From Paragordius varius (taxonomy: Eukaryota > Animalia > Nematomorpha): 64,000 nucleotides of DNA. Both the position numbers and the translations under genes were made by a program. This document shows, piece after piece, positions 13,807-27,543 of this stretch. Location: positions 4,464,001 to 4,528,000 of the forward strand of contig OZ176054.1 of NCBI GenBank assembly GCA_964247055.1, given 5' to 3'. Each line of letters begins with the position of its first letter. The first letter of the stretch is position 1. The notes under the pieces were generated by a model. That model saw only the letters and a list, made by a program, of their open reading frames with translations, did no database searches and was not told the origin of the DNA.

Positions 13807-16800
13807 ATGGAGCATTATATTAAGGTTGCCGACGATAACGGGGAAATTATTGAAATTCCCACTGATAATATTGAAAATATATCACTAGCCACGTTACGTT
13901 CGCAATTCAAGGGTGCTACTGGACTAAAGTATCAGGGTCCTAACGGTTTTTGGCGTGCTCTTCGTGTTGAAAATGATGATATAATACCTCCAAAGTGTTT
14001 AAAGAACTGGCCTGATATAATATTCTATGTTGTTAGAGCTAAAGGTATATATTGTTTAATTTTAAGAAAATAAACGGAAAATTGATGAAAATGGTTACCA
14101 GGAAGATACAAATAAAATTGTTAAGCGTTTGATCCCTAAAAAATGCAGCGATTTGATTGTCTTGGGGTTAAATCCTTTGACTACTCCTGAATCTCTCAGA
14201 AAAGCTTTTGCTCCATACGGAAATTTAGTTTTAGCCGAGGTATAAAAATATTTTATATAATTAGGTCAAAAAAGATTTAAAAACTGGAAAATCCAAAGGA
14301 TACGGTTTTATAAAGTTTCAGCAGTATGAAGCCCAATTAAAAGTATTAATGAAGAAAATACAGATTGATGGACGCATGTGCGCAGTAAAGCTACCAGATT
14401 CAAAGGTAAGAAATCGCTTTATATTTGACAATATAATTTTGTCTGTAAATTTGACAGGGTCAAGTTTCCTTGTTCATGCAGTTATATTTATTTTTATTAG
14501 TTAAATTATAATAACACTAGACAACATATTATAACTTTTCTGACATTCTTGTAAATTTAAAATTTATTTTTTTAGAGTACATAAATAGTATATCTGATAA
14601 AAAATTGGTCTAACACCTAAGAATTAATTTTATTAAGGATAATTTTTGGCCCCAATTTAACATTAAATTTAAAATTTTTACAATTAATAGTTTTAATAGA
14701 GCAATGTATTTTACGTAATTCGAAAGATCGCACTGTATCTTTCGAATGGTAGTCTGTTATTTAAATCAATCTGATGTCGGGTTTATATGGTCAAAATTTT
14801 TAACCCTTACATATGTCAAAAATTTTTACAACTAATTTAAAAATCATATTATAAATATTAGGGTTAGAATTTTGAAAAATTTAAAAGAATATTGAAAAAA
14901 CTTTTGGTTTGCTTTTTTAATAAAAATTAATTTTATCAAAATTAATTTACCTAATGGATACTAAATGCATAGATATAACTATAAATTCATTAGATAATCG
15001 TTAAAAAAATTAAAATACCAACTTCGTTTTTTAATCTTTAAAATTTCGAAATTATAAGCCTCTTAAAGAAATTAAATTAATATTGATGAAAAGGTAATTT
15101 TTTTAAAAAAGAAAAAAATAGCTGTTTTGAATGTAAAAGCAATAAATAAGGGTTTTAATCAAAAAACTTTTTTCGTGGTATAATTTTTTGACATTCATTG
15201 CCATCCAGACAAATTTTGAGCTAAAAATTATTAATTAATAAAAACGCTCTCGCTTCGCGCGTTCGCTTCTTATTTCCAATATTAACTATCGATGTAGAAC
15301 TATTAGTATGCATTTTATAGAGTTTTTTATTACTTTTTCCAATGATATATTACAAATGACCGTTTGTTGTATATTTTTTAAAAAAACATTTTTAGTAAAA
15401 TTTCGATAAAGAGGACACATTATCAAAAAAATCAAATTATGCAAAATTCTAAGGTGGAATTATAATATTTCAGATTTACTGTTAAATAGTAAAAATCAGA
15501 AAATGCGAAAAACTCGAGTGGCAGAAAAATTTGTTGTCTAGTGTAATTTATCGTATTAAACAAAATTGTTTAGGGTGGTGCATCCGCAATAGTTGAATCC
15601 AAGATATTTATAGGAGGAGTGGACCATTCCATGTCTGCAGACGATATTCAAAAATTTTTTGAACGGAATTTCGATACAAAAGTTGTCGATGTATTTTTTG
15701 TTCCTACCAAAAATTATGCGTTTGTCACATTTTTGGATAGTGACATAGTTGATTCTTTGTACGGGGAATCGTTTGATATTAATGGGAAAACAATATTTTG
15801 CAGGCCAGCCGAACCACTTGACCATCAATCAAACCCAAACACTTTAACAGACACAAATAGTAAAAGTTTGGTATCTGGTAAAAAGCATACATTTACTGGA
15901 AATGATTATTTGAGTGCTACACCTTCCCTCAAAAAACCAAAGTCACAAAAATTTGATGAAACTCGAGTTTTGAAAGATAAAATATTGAAAACTGTTAAAA
16001 ATAAGCACCCAATCATTAATACCAATGAAAAAAGTTTTTCGCCTAGCTCTAAAGCTCGGGATCATTGTTTTTCTATCGGCAACCATTGCAATCAACAGGA
16101 TATTATTAATATGGGCAAAACTAATGATAGTTGTGGTAAATGTCATAATTTGATTGAAGAAATATTGGATGAAAACTCTAATGATAATTTATTGCCAATA
16201 AGTTTACGCGAACCCGAAACACTAAATACGTCATGCCCTGTACCAGCAGAAAAATTTAAAGGGGATCATCTTTTTGGTGACGATTTCGCAAAACTTGATT
16301 TACAGAATATGCAACTTATCAAAAATTACATGGACTCCAAAATGTTGATGGATCACCATTTTTCGAACATTTCCCTAAAAAGCGATACACATGGAACTTG
16401 CTCATCCTCTCTTTTCTCATACCCAATTGATTACTTAAAGCATGATTTGAATCTCAGATTAGATTTGAATGACACTTTAATAGACATGTACCATAAAAAT
16501 CTTCCTGTGACCACACCACAAAAAGCATTGTTTCCGCACGTTTCACCGTTTGGGATTAAGAGAACGAAACAACATGTGTTTCAGGAGGATCCTACATCAA
16601 CATTAAAACAGGTTTGTTAAAAGTTTTTTTTATTAACAAACTCGAATCATAATTGATTAAAGTCAATATTATTGGGTGAATTCGCATTTTAAGACACATA
16701 TTTCTCTAAACTCTTAAAATATATCTTTGGCGATTATATTTATCATATTAATACATTATTACTGTTCTGTGTAATCGATTGAAAATATGTTAAATAGATT

Positions 16801-17269
16801 TATTATAACTTTTAAAATTTAAATATTGTTGTTATTTTATTTTGTAAAAATATCCAAAATTTTATATTTCCAGCACCTTGATTGCGAATCGATTCAAGAA
16901 AAACCAGCCTCACCTGATACCACAACAGTTTGGGAAAAGGATGAAATTATAAAGGACTCACCTTGCCAAAGTTTTATGGACAATAAAAGTTTGAAAGACA
17001 AAACTTTAGAAGAAATACCACCAATGATTAATCCCACACCCAAAAAATTAAAAATATATCGTTCGAGAAGTGAAACAAATTGTTTGAAAATTTTAGCTCG
17101 CAAAACTCGTTCTAATTCTAATATTACACGATTTGACACGTTACCACAAAAGCTAAAATATTTTTGGAGTTATATTTATGTAAAGAAGAATAAAACAAAA
17201 CGTTCACAAAGCTCATTTTGTGAAAATTCCAATATACTTTCACATTACAAATCGAATATAAGCTTCTAA
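13807..17269 (+). CDS. TARDBP: TAR DNA-binding protein 43-like RNA-binding protein (NTD + 2 RRM + long divergent C-terminus), ~660 aa
   Basis: Exons 13807-14044, 14067-14239, 14265-14405, 15574-16611, 16874-17269 join in frame with GT-AG sites. NTD YIKV..EIP..LRSQFKGATGLKY; NLS ENKRKID; RRM1 DLIVLGL / KGYGFIKF / IDGR..VKLPDSK; RRM2 KIFIGG / NYAFVTF. Confidence 0.88.
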
Positions 17270-17291
17270 TACCTTTAGTTATTATTATTTA

Positions 17292-17888
17292 TTATTCTAA
17301 TAAATTAAATTTATCTAGTGAAAGTTTTATTTGATATTCCACATTTTCTTTGTACAAAACTTTATTCGGATCTTTCAAATTGCTTTTAGCTTTCCTGTTT
17401 AATTCTTGTGTTTTTTTACTTTCAATCATTTTTACTGTATCAATATTGTTTTCATACTGATCCAAAATGTCTTTTATAACAAATTTAAAGTTATTACGGT
17501 TAAATTTTGAAGCTTCGATTTTTGTATTGAATTCTTTTATTTTTTCTTGTGTTTTGTCATCAAACTCTTGTTCTACCACATAATTTTTCAAGTTTTCAAT
17601 CATTTGTGATATGGAATGAACCGAATTTATATTTAAGCGTAGCGATTTTAAACGAATATATTTATCTAAAGCTATCTTTTCATTTAACCGATTCTCGAGC
17701 ATTTTCATGTGATTTTTTAAAATGTTTTTTTGGTCATCAAGAATGCTTTTTTCTTTTAATAACTTTTCGTATCCCTCAATAATTATATCCAAATCCTTTT
17801 TTAACTTTGTTAAAGTTTTGGGTGTGTCTGCATTTTCATTGTGGTTGAAATTGGCATGCACTGAATCCTTAAGCTTCTTTTTTATCAT
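17292..17888 (-). CDS. Single-exon 198-aa Lys/Glu-rich predicted coiled-coil protein, function unknown
   Basis: 597-nt open frame in very AT-rich DNA with heptad-like L/I spacing. An AATAAA on the minus strand (17288-17293) overlaps the stop. No family recognised. Confidence 0.6.
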   Translation of the reverse strand: MIKKKLKDSVHANFNHNENADTPKTLTKLKKDLDIIIEGYEKLLKEKSILDDQKNILKNHMKMLENRLNEKIALDKYIRLKSLRLNINSVHSISQMIENLKNYVVEQEFDDKTQEKIKEFNTKIEASKFNRNNFKFVIKDILDQYENNIDTVKMIESKKTQELNRKAKSNLKDPNKVLYKENVEYQIKLSLDKFNLLE

Positions 17889-19284
17889 AATATACTATTG
17901 ATATAACATTATAAATTGTGACATATAAACACGCATTGATACAACAATCAAAATATGATATATTTGATGAGGGCTTATTTGGTTTTTTTTGAATCAAAAT
18001 CCGCCTATAACCTAATTAGGTTAGGTTGATCATCATACAGTTTCCTGATAGTATTAAAAAAGACATACTTTTAAAATTATAATCGTTTAAAGTTGAGCCC
18101 AATGGGTATAAAACCCTTATAATGAGCCAAAAATATTAATAAAAAAAGGCATTGAAAAACATCTGATCAAAACTGTTTTAATAACCAGTTTCAAGCAGTT
18201 TGATTTTTTTTGAACCGCTCAGGTTTTACGTATTTAAAATCCCTACCCTTCTTTAAACATGGAATGGTTGCAAAAAAGTTCAAAAGTATTGTTTTGATAA
18301 TAAGTTTTATAATTTTTACGAATTCGCATGTGTGCGAAAACACTTTAATTTTCAAATATAGAATGCAATCTATTTTTATGCCGTTATATCTACGTATAAT
18401 AGTTAATAAAAAATTATTTAACAATATTGTTGGCATCATTAAAATAATTTTCCCACACAAATTTATATAATATATTTAAATAATTATTGAATCCTTACTA
18501 AAGATAAAAAGGATTGGAAGGGGGTTTTAATAATCATTTTTGTGTATTGCACAGGGCCTAGCCCCGGCTTTATAGCCAAGTTTCACAATTAACCATAAAA
18601 ATATTACGTCGTTGGTAAAAAATTTTATAATGGATATAACTGAAAGATTTGTTTGTTCAATGTTTCAAAATCAAAAGCATTTTAAAACTATGCCCAAGAT
18701 GAAATTATTGCTGCATAAAGTGTATCACCTCTCTTGTAACCCTTTCGACAAATACTAATAATTTTTATATGTTTAAGGCGTTCCCTCTAAATAAACCTAC
18801 ACTGATTTGATTTCATTCAAATGACGTGGAGCAAAAAAATGCATAAACATCGTATTTTCCAATTTTAAATAATATTGCGTTTGTGGAAAATTAGAACAAA
18901 TAAGTAAAACCCAATCTTATCCCAACGCTATACAACCGATATTAAAATATTCAGAAGCATATGTATAAAACAGATGTTCGAAACAATCCAATCATATAAT
19001 CCGAAAGAGTTTAACGTTATAAAACCGTCCACACGCAATACAGATGAAGTCAAGAATTAGATAATCGAAATGAACAGGCTAAGATAGGGATATATACGTA
19101 AAGACCAAAGAAATTTAATAAACAATGCTGAATATGAGACTTCACAAGATACCCGTTTTTAAATTTGTGGAGGCATATTAATAGAAATGATAAGGAAAAA
19201 AAACAAATAAATGACAAGTATTTGTACGACAATATAACATAATTTATTTTCAGTAAAATATTTACAGCACTAAATGTTATAAAA

Positions 19285-20765
19285 TTAGTGCGTTCTAGCT
19301 AATTCCTCAATAAGTTTGTTCAAATCTTCCATAGTGATTTGACTAACTTTAAATGACTCCTCAAACTTGGAATCTTTTTCTTCTTCACCCTGTCTATCCG
19401 TTTTGGGATTTTTATTGTTTTCTAGCAAAAATATAATAAATTACGTATATAAGAATCCAGTTTGTCTTAAGATGGAGCTTTTATAAAAAATTAATTATTA
19501 TTGGTTTACCTAACAAAGTAGTTAGATAACAAAGTTAACTTCATTAATTCTATTAGTTTACAACCACTTAAAGTAATTTGAAATTAATATTGATAGTTAA
19601 ATTTATTTAATAATAATGATTGATGTGCTAATAAAATTTAGATTTTAAAAATGGTATAAAAACAATTTCAATGAGAAGAGATTAATCTTACCTTACTTAG
19701 CAAATTTAATATATCATATCTGGCTGAAAAAACAAAAATATTCTCCATATTAGGTACTTTTTAACATATATTTATAATAAAATAAACATAATATAAATGT
19801 CCAACTCTATTATATTCATTACAAACTAATATTTTTTTGATCATCGAAAGCAAATATTTTGAATATATTGTATAAAAATACCATAAAATGAAAAAATAAA
19901 ATACTATAAGAACAATTATTTAATATTTTGAATTATTATATAGTAAATTTATAGTTTTATAATAAAAACAATATTCCAAAATAAAATAAAAAATTTACAC
20001 ACCTGATGACTGATTGTCGCTATTAAACAAATATTTTGTGGTCAACAATGACTTCATTTCTTCCATCACCTTATTTTTTTCAGTTGATTCTAGGTCTAAA
20101 AACGTTTCGACCAAATCCCCATCAATAAAGCCATATGCTATATAAAAATATATACAAAAATAAATTTATATATGGTAGAAAAAATACGTAATTTATATTT
20201 ATTGATTGGTATATAAACTTAATTAAATAAAATTAGGATCGATTAACAAACGGTTTAATTTTAACCGTTTTATAACCAAACACTGGAAACGAAACCAATT
20301 ACAGTAAAATTTAAAAACAAAAGGTAAAACAAAAAGTAAAAGACCAGTATTTATAAGGAAAACATAGATATTTTTATTGTATGACCTAAAATTATTGTGA
20401 AATATATAATTGAGTGTATTACCAATTTACAAGGTTTAAATTAGTTTTGACAATTTTATGCTTTCTTAATCAATTACAGACTTAACCGGATAAAAGATCA
20501 CGTATAAATTTAATCACACATTATTTTTAAAAAAACTTAAAAATCATATAATCTATAAAAATCACACATTTTTCAGTTTTTTGTTCAGTGTAAAAGGCAC
20601 GAAACGTTTCCTGATCAATGCGTCCAAGGGAAGGGACAACTTTATTGATGGCCAGTTTAACGCATTCAAGCAAGTAATAAAGGGCAGGAGGTAGCTGGAA
20701 CATCAAATGTATCGAACCAGATATTGTGCCCATCAAAATAGGTTTACCTGTTGTATTATATTTTT

Positions 20766-20821
<56 letters not shown>

Positions 20822-23800
20822 ACATATTAAGTATTAAAAAATGTTCATTTATAAAAAAAAGGTCAATAATATTTTAAAACATTAAACCAATAAACTGAAA
20901 AAAGGGATATACCAAAGTTAAAATTAATGTTTATTATTTCTAAATTCGTATATAGAGTCTTATAAAAATATAGCAAAAAGATTACACATGGCATGATTGA
21001 ATCAATTGAACAAGAAAATCCTTAAAATTCCATAATTATTGTGAGGAAAAAAAGTTTAACAACAAAATCCCCACCTGTTTGCAATATGTTATCGCCGACT
21101 GTGTTCTTATTACTGATCAAAGAACCTTTTCTAAACACATTAACGAATTCGGCCAAATGGAAAAGCGCAACGCAAAACAAATGTTTTCGTTCATCATCTA
21201 AAAGACTCCCAGTGGTTGGTGTTGTAATTGTCTGATTCGAGGCATTATTTTGAGATGAATCGTTTTCTACATTTTCTAGTCATAAAACATATTTTTTTGC
21301 TAACAATTTGTAAAAAATATTTTTTCCAAAATAAGCTATAATTTAAAAAAACATGGAAAAGAAATATTTTACAATTAAATATAATGTTCGTATACTTTTT
21401 AAAGATAAATGCCAAAATTTTGGTTACATGCTGGAAATATTTAACTTGTTTTTTTTTCATCGTTATCAAAAAGATCAATTATTAGATAATAATAGATAAA
21501 ATAATATTTACTCTTGGAAACTGATTGCCGATATGATTTCGGGTCTCTAATCACTAAAAAAACACAATATTAATTAATATACTGTAATACATCTAAATCA
21601 TCTAAATTATGTCCGACATATTAAACTACATAACCCACAGTCATGGAAAATAAATCAGGCAAATACAAATATATATATTGAATAAGTTTATTTGATGTCA
21701 TAAAACACCGGATTAAACTGAAATCGGCGGCAAAACCGATATAAAAACGTCTCATTAAAAATAAATAAATAATAATTATTAAAAATCAAAACGTCTCATT
21801 AAAAATTAATAAATAATATTTAATAGGCCAAGTATCTAGAAATTTTTTAATATAAGATCTATCAAAAAATACAACTTTATAAAATTATAATCGATTTCAA
21901 GTAAGTTGGATAAACCAACTTAGCATGGGCCCCAAATTGTAAGGATGGAAGATAGCTCCGAAATAAAAATCATTTAATAAAAAAACATTTTAAACGGGAT
22001 ATCTGGGTTAATTAAGGTCGTCATGTTTGTATTATTCTGTATTTTGCTATGTCTATAAAACAAATTTTAGACGTATAAAACACAAAAAAATTATTGTCAC
22101 AATAAAATCAATAATTAAAATTTTTATGTTTCATTAAATTCAAATTCATAAAGTTTTTAAGTTAATATATGAATTTTTACTTATTTAAAACGGACATATG
22201 GTATTAATGCGAAAATAAAATAAACTATGATGCATTAGGGCAAGAATGCAATGAACTAACATATAAGCTTAATATAAAATTCATGAAAGGCAAACCATTT
22301 AATCCAATTAATATAATTTGTTTATTAGTAGCAAAAAATACTATTTATTGGATTTGCCAATCGTGATTTTATTGTTTGACTTGTGCTGCAAATATAGAGA
22401 TTGTAAGAATTTTCGGCTGCTAAATAGGTATCGGAATCAATAATTTCAACCGCACTCGTCCAAGCTGGATTATAATCTCTAAAATATATATTTATATAAA
22501 GTTATTTGCGACAAAAAAAATTCAAACTTAAAAAAAAGTTAACAATTTTAACTAATTATAATTATAACATGATTTATTTTTGTAAACATACCGTGCAATT
22601 TCCTCAAAACAACTTTCCATCGGTTTGTATTTTAAGAGGGTCAGTGATCTCATCAAATCTCCAATTAAAATGCAATCATTCATGGTTTTGAGATATAATG
22701 CCAGAATATTATTGAAATGAGAACAATCCAACCTAATACAGAATAATGTTGTTTAACATGAAGAAAACGGAAATAATTTACGCATTTGGCCATTAATCTT
22801 TAACCTTAAAGTTTAATTATGTGTAAAAACCCTTTATTATTTAAATATTTTCGTAAAAAATATGAATATAAACATAATTATCCTTTACTTTATTTTAATC
22901 ATTAGGGTATGTAAAATTCCATTATTGCTATCAGCAGTTATTCAATTAAAGTACTAAAAGGTACACATTTATTATAGATCATACATGAAAAATTTTGTAT
23001 TCCAATTTTCAAACAGTAATAAAATCTCCATACCGTAATTCCTTATATTCAGGGACCCATTCAAAAAGACGAACAGCACTGTTAAGTGAAACCAAGAGTT
23101 TAGGTGGATGCGGTTTTGCAGGAACATCCGTTGTGGATTTTTCCTTTTGTGGGCAAACACTATTTTTGTCATTTGTATTGTTGTCCAAAACAGTTGTATC
23201 ACATTTAGATGTGTCGTCAATTTGACTTTTTTGTAACAAGAAAGTTTCGTGTGATGGGAATTGGCACATGGAATAAGGAGCACCGAGGACCTCTTTATCC
23301 GATACTAGTATAAGTTTTCTAAAACATGTTAGAAGAGAGTAAAGTAGAAAAAAATATAGAAAGATTTACTGTTCCTACATTAATATTGAAGTTAATCATG
23401 ATCTTTCGAGTTGATGTAAAGTTAAGGCAGGACTTGAATTTCCCATATATCATTTAAAAAAGCTCTTAAGAAATGAATGTTTTTGCCATACATCTAAAAC
23501 TGGCCTTAACTGATAGTTAACAAACAATGCACCAAAAAAGGTATAAGTAAGACTTTTTTGGCCTCGTAAGATTCATGATTTATATATCAATGTGGCTATA
23601 ATTCAAAAATTCAAATATCGCCAAAAATATTTTTGTTCAAATTCAATTCAGTCAAATTACCCACATCGTTATCTTATACTCATACATATAGCTAAAACCA
23701 ATTAAATGAAAAGTTCAACCATAAAACTTTAAATCGATTATTGTTAAAATTAATTTTATCATATTATAGCCAAATTTATCGTTAATGTATAGGTAAATAT

Positions 23801-26800
23801 TTAAATAAATGGTAATCCAAAAACCTAGATTTTTCAATTGACTCATTATTTTTGGTGAGATCTGATTGATTTGTGAATTCAAAAATTAATATTCTGCCAT
23901 GCCTAGGTTCAGATTCTTCAGGATAAACCATAGCCGTCCCCACCACATAATATTCCTTGGTACATGGTAAATATGGAGTGTCAGTATCTAATTTATATAA
24001 ATTAATTATTAACAAAAACTTAAATTTTAAAGCACTAGTTAGATAGAGTAAATCTTTACTGTGTCAAATATTATTGTCAAATGACCCCTTTTTATTTATT
24101 TTTCGTAAAAACTAAGTTTGTCTCTATTAGTGCAATACAATTTGTGCGCGTAAAACATAATGCTAAAACACATTTTTTTTAAATTAAACCTAGGCTTAAA
24201 TAGGAAACACATCTTTTGTGTGTAGTTTTTTTTACAAAAAAGCGTTATTTTACATTTTGGCCACGACTACAATTAATTTTTTTATCTTTAATATAATAAA
24301 ACAAACTCTTTTAGTTTGGAACGATGCCTTGTTTTTGATAAAAAATCTATGTGTATATTGATGAATGTTAAACATTTTTTGTGCTCCGAGCTTTTCAATT
24401 TACAATACGAATATTGTTAATTAAAAAGATGGGATTGTAACCAGAATCGTTTTTGTAAAAAACCCGACTGTTTAAAACAGACCCGCGAAAAATTTGGAAA
24501 TCAATAATATGCAAACATCTTGGTAAAATTGATATTTCTTAACAAATTTTCTGAACCTTTCGGATTGGCAAATAAATAAAAAAATGTCCTAGTATGTTAA
24601 TTTAATAAAATATATATTGATGCCCATATATATATTTTAATGCGGCACGTAAATTAAGTTAGAAATGCGACCCGCGAAGCCATTTGTTGAACACCGCTGT
24701 TTTAAATTAACATTATAAAAATATTAGGCCAAGACCTTTTCCGAATTTGTCAAAATAAAAAAACATTTGTCTTCCGGTTATATCATTTTATTTTTTGCGT
24801 AGAGACAAAATTATCTCAAAAAAATAATAATAAATGCAAAACGCATTTTAAAAAATTAACATGAAATATAAAACGATTAGCTGTTTACAATCACGCCTCC
24901 GATTCCAAATAAAAGTATGGAACCGTTTATGGTTTTTTCTTTTGGTTCTAACCCGGTTCAAAAATAATATATAAAATGTAAAATAAACCTTGATATTACA
25001 AATAAATATTGAACATAAAAACTGTGAGAATAAATAAAAACCATGTATAAATGTTTTACCATTTGGTATTGAATTGATTGTATTAGGGACAGCTAAGTGA
25101 CAATTGATAAGACTCGTAGCAAATTCATAAGGTTGAAAATGATGGGCCCACAGCGGTTCCCAACTATTTTGGTCAAGAATAACTAAGGAATGTGCCTCAT
25201 TTTCATCGCCATAAGATGCACCCATGTTTGAAGCTACCAATAAAATTTTCAATGATATACAGTATTTCTCGTTCATATTTATTAAAGTTATAGGATCGCC
25301 AAAATTTTCGATACTTAGTGGCTAGAATATTTGATTATTTTTTACAATAAATTTTATTCTTTTAGAATCGGTATTAGACATTGACAAAAAGCGACAAATA
25401 TTATATTCATTGTTGAGTAGGACTAGTTTTAAACCATTAAAAATATAAAAGTTTGCAAAGATAATGATAATATTAAATTTAATAAAAATTAAAAAATTTA
25501 AAGTTATAAATTGCAAAAGTTTTAAAGAGAAACTTTATAATAATTCATGATAAGAACGTATGGGTAGGTGAATAAATATTAATTGGAGACATGACATTAT
25601 CAAATAATTCTTCCCAATTCTATTTAAGAAATGCCCAATATATAAACAGGTTTTTGTTTAACGATACATCGGTTTGTTTTAAAGACTAATATTCATTATA
25701 TAATTAGTAAGAATTAAATGATTAGAATTAACAGAAAATTTGATAATTATTTGTACCGTAAAATTACGTCTATACTTTCATGGCACTTTAAATAATAATG
25801 TCCTTAATCTATTTTACATACTCTATATGTTTGTTTTTTTATATTTAGAAAACAACGACCTGATGATACGGATTAAAGTACAAGTAAAATACATCCAAAG
25901 TTTTATATCAACCATCTAATAAATGTTTGCAGCATTTTTAGTTAGATTAATAATAATAAACTATTTTGAGACACTTTTAATCCAAAAATGTATTAATAAT
26001 AAGATATATTAATTAATTTACCATCGCCATATGGCTGAAACCCTGAGGATTTATGGGGGAAGGATCCACTGGAAGAATTTGAATTGAAATTCGACCAATT
26101 TGAATGGTTTACTGCCCGTAAACTTATAGCATTGGATTGAGCTGGTCCGTATGAAACACCTAAATTATTATTATATATGGAATAATTCAGCAAAAATTAT
26201 ATAAATATATTATAATATTTCGATTACTACAAGTATACTTTGAAAAGGTAAAAATAAAATTAAAATATAAACTAAAATTTAAATTATGTATGGAATAATT
26301 CAGCAAAAATTTATTTATTATAATATTTCGATTACTACAAGTAATCTTTGTCAAACGTAAAAATAAAATTAAAATATAAACTAAAATTTAAATATTGATT
26401 CAAATTGTATATATGATATTATTACAAAAGAATGATAATAAATAATAATAAATGGTTTTGAATTGTGTATTAATCAATTAAATTACATTCAAATCATAGA
26501 ATTAATCTTGAAAAAGGAGTATATGTCACTTATGTTTGTAACACGTTTTTATTCCAATAAAACATTTCGCATTTTATATCAATATAGTAATGTTTTACTC
26601 TAAACATACCTCAAAACCTGGGAGGCCTATGGAAAACTGCCTCAGTAATATACTTAATGAGGCCAAACTGATGCATAAAAGTTAAAAAATAAAAACTTAT
26701 CTCTTGGAGATAAACAGCTTTGATGATAATATTGTAAAATGTTTAAATAGATAAATATTTTATTGAATAATAAAGTTGTCGTGTAAAATAAGTGATATTC

Positions 26801-27508
26801 AAAAAAAAATAATAAAAACCATTTTATTATATTTTAACAAAGGTATTAGTTTCGTTAAAGATATGTAATGATAATATATAATACTATATTTAAATCGTTA
26901 AAAAAATTTCTTAAAACTAAAAAATATACAATGACCCTTCCCCCTTCCCTTATAAATGCCATTAAGCAAATAAAATATGGGTTATCCGCATCATTACCCT
27001 TTCATAAAAAATATATCAAAATTATTTTTTTCGACTAAAATTTGATTGTTAAATTTTATTAGATAATTTGTTATAATTAAAAATATTCTACAGATTTTCA
27101 AAAGCAAATAATAAGTAAATTTATTTTTGGCTCATAAGGGATTCATATCCCTATAGATCAGTAAGTTTGTGGGAAGGTGTTCTTAACTTTGAATCATTAT
27201 AACTTGAAACTGTGGGCTTTAGTTAAAAATTGGAAAAGAGCAGGATAATAAGCAAGGGGGTCCATTGGATAGAATAGTTACTATAATATTTTAGATATAG
27301 AGCATAATGTAATAATTATACCATTGTAAACATCGATCCGAGTAGTGAGAACAGCAAAAGTTTGTGAACTTTTTTGATAAGCAATCCTTCGAGGAGATTC
27401 ATAAAGGGGTATGGTTCGAATATGGAGTTTACGGATTTCATCAATTTTACCTAATATTGTGTTTAACAAAAACTGTTAATAACCAATTTTTGTAAGATAA
27501 CTGATTAA

Positions 27509-27543
<35 letters not shown>

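Noticed and set aside
15553-15573. Possible additional 21-nt intron in the TDP-43-like gene
   Set aside because: The candidate upstream exon from 15474 has an in-frame stop in the required phase; a single 14406-15573 intron explains the protein.
18191-19250. Short ORFs on both strands between the orphan gene and DDB1
   Set aside because: No recognisable motifs and no consistent splice model; compatible with chance ORFs in AT-rich DNA, although a small gene cannot be excluded.
27100-27281. Extra DDB1 exon after a 41-nt intron (also a candidate at ~26610-26667)
   Set aside because: The required phase hits a stop with no donor; 27322 joins 26159 directly in frame.
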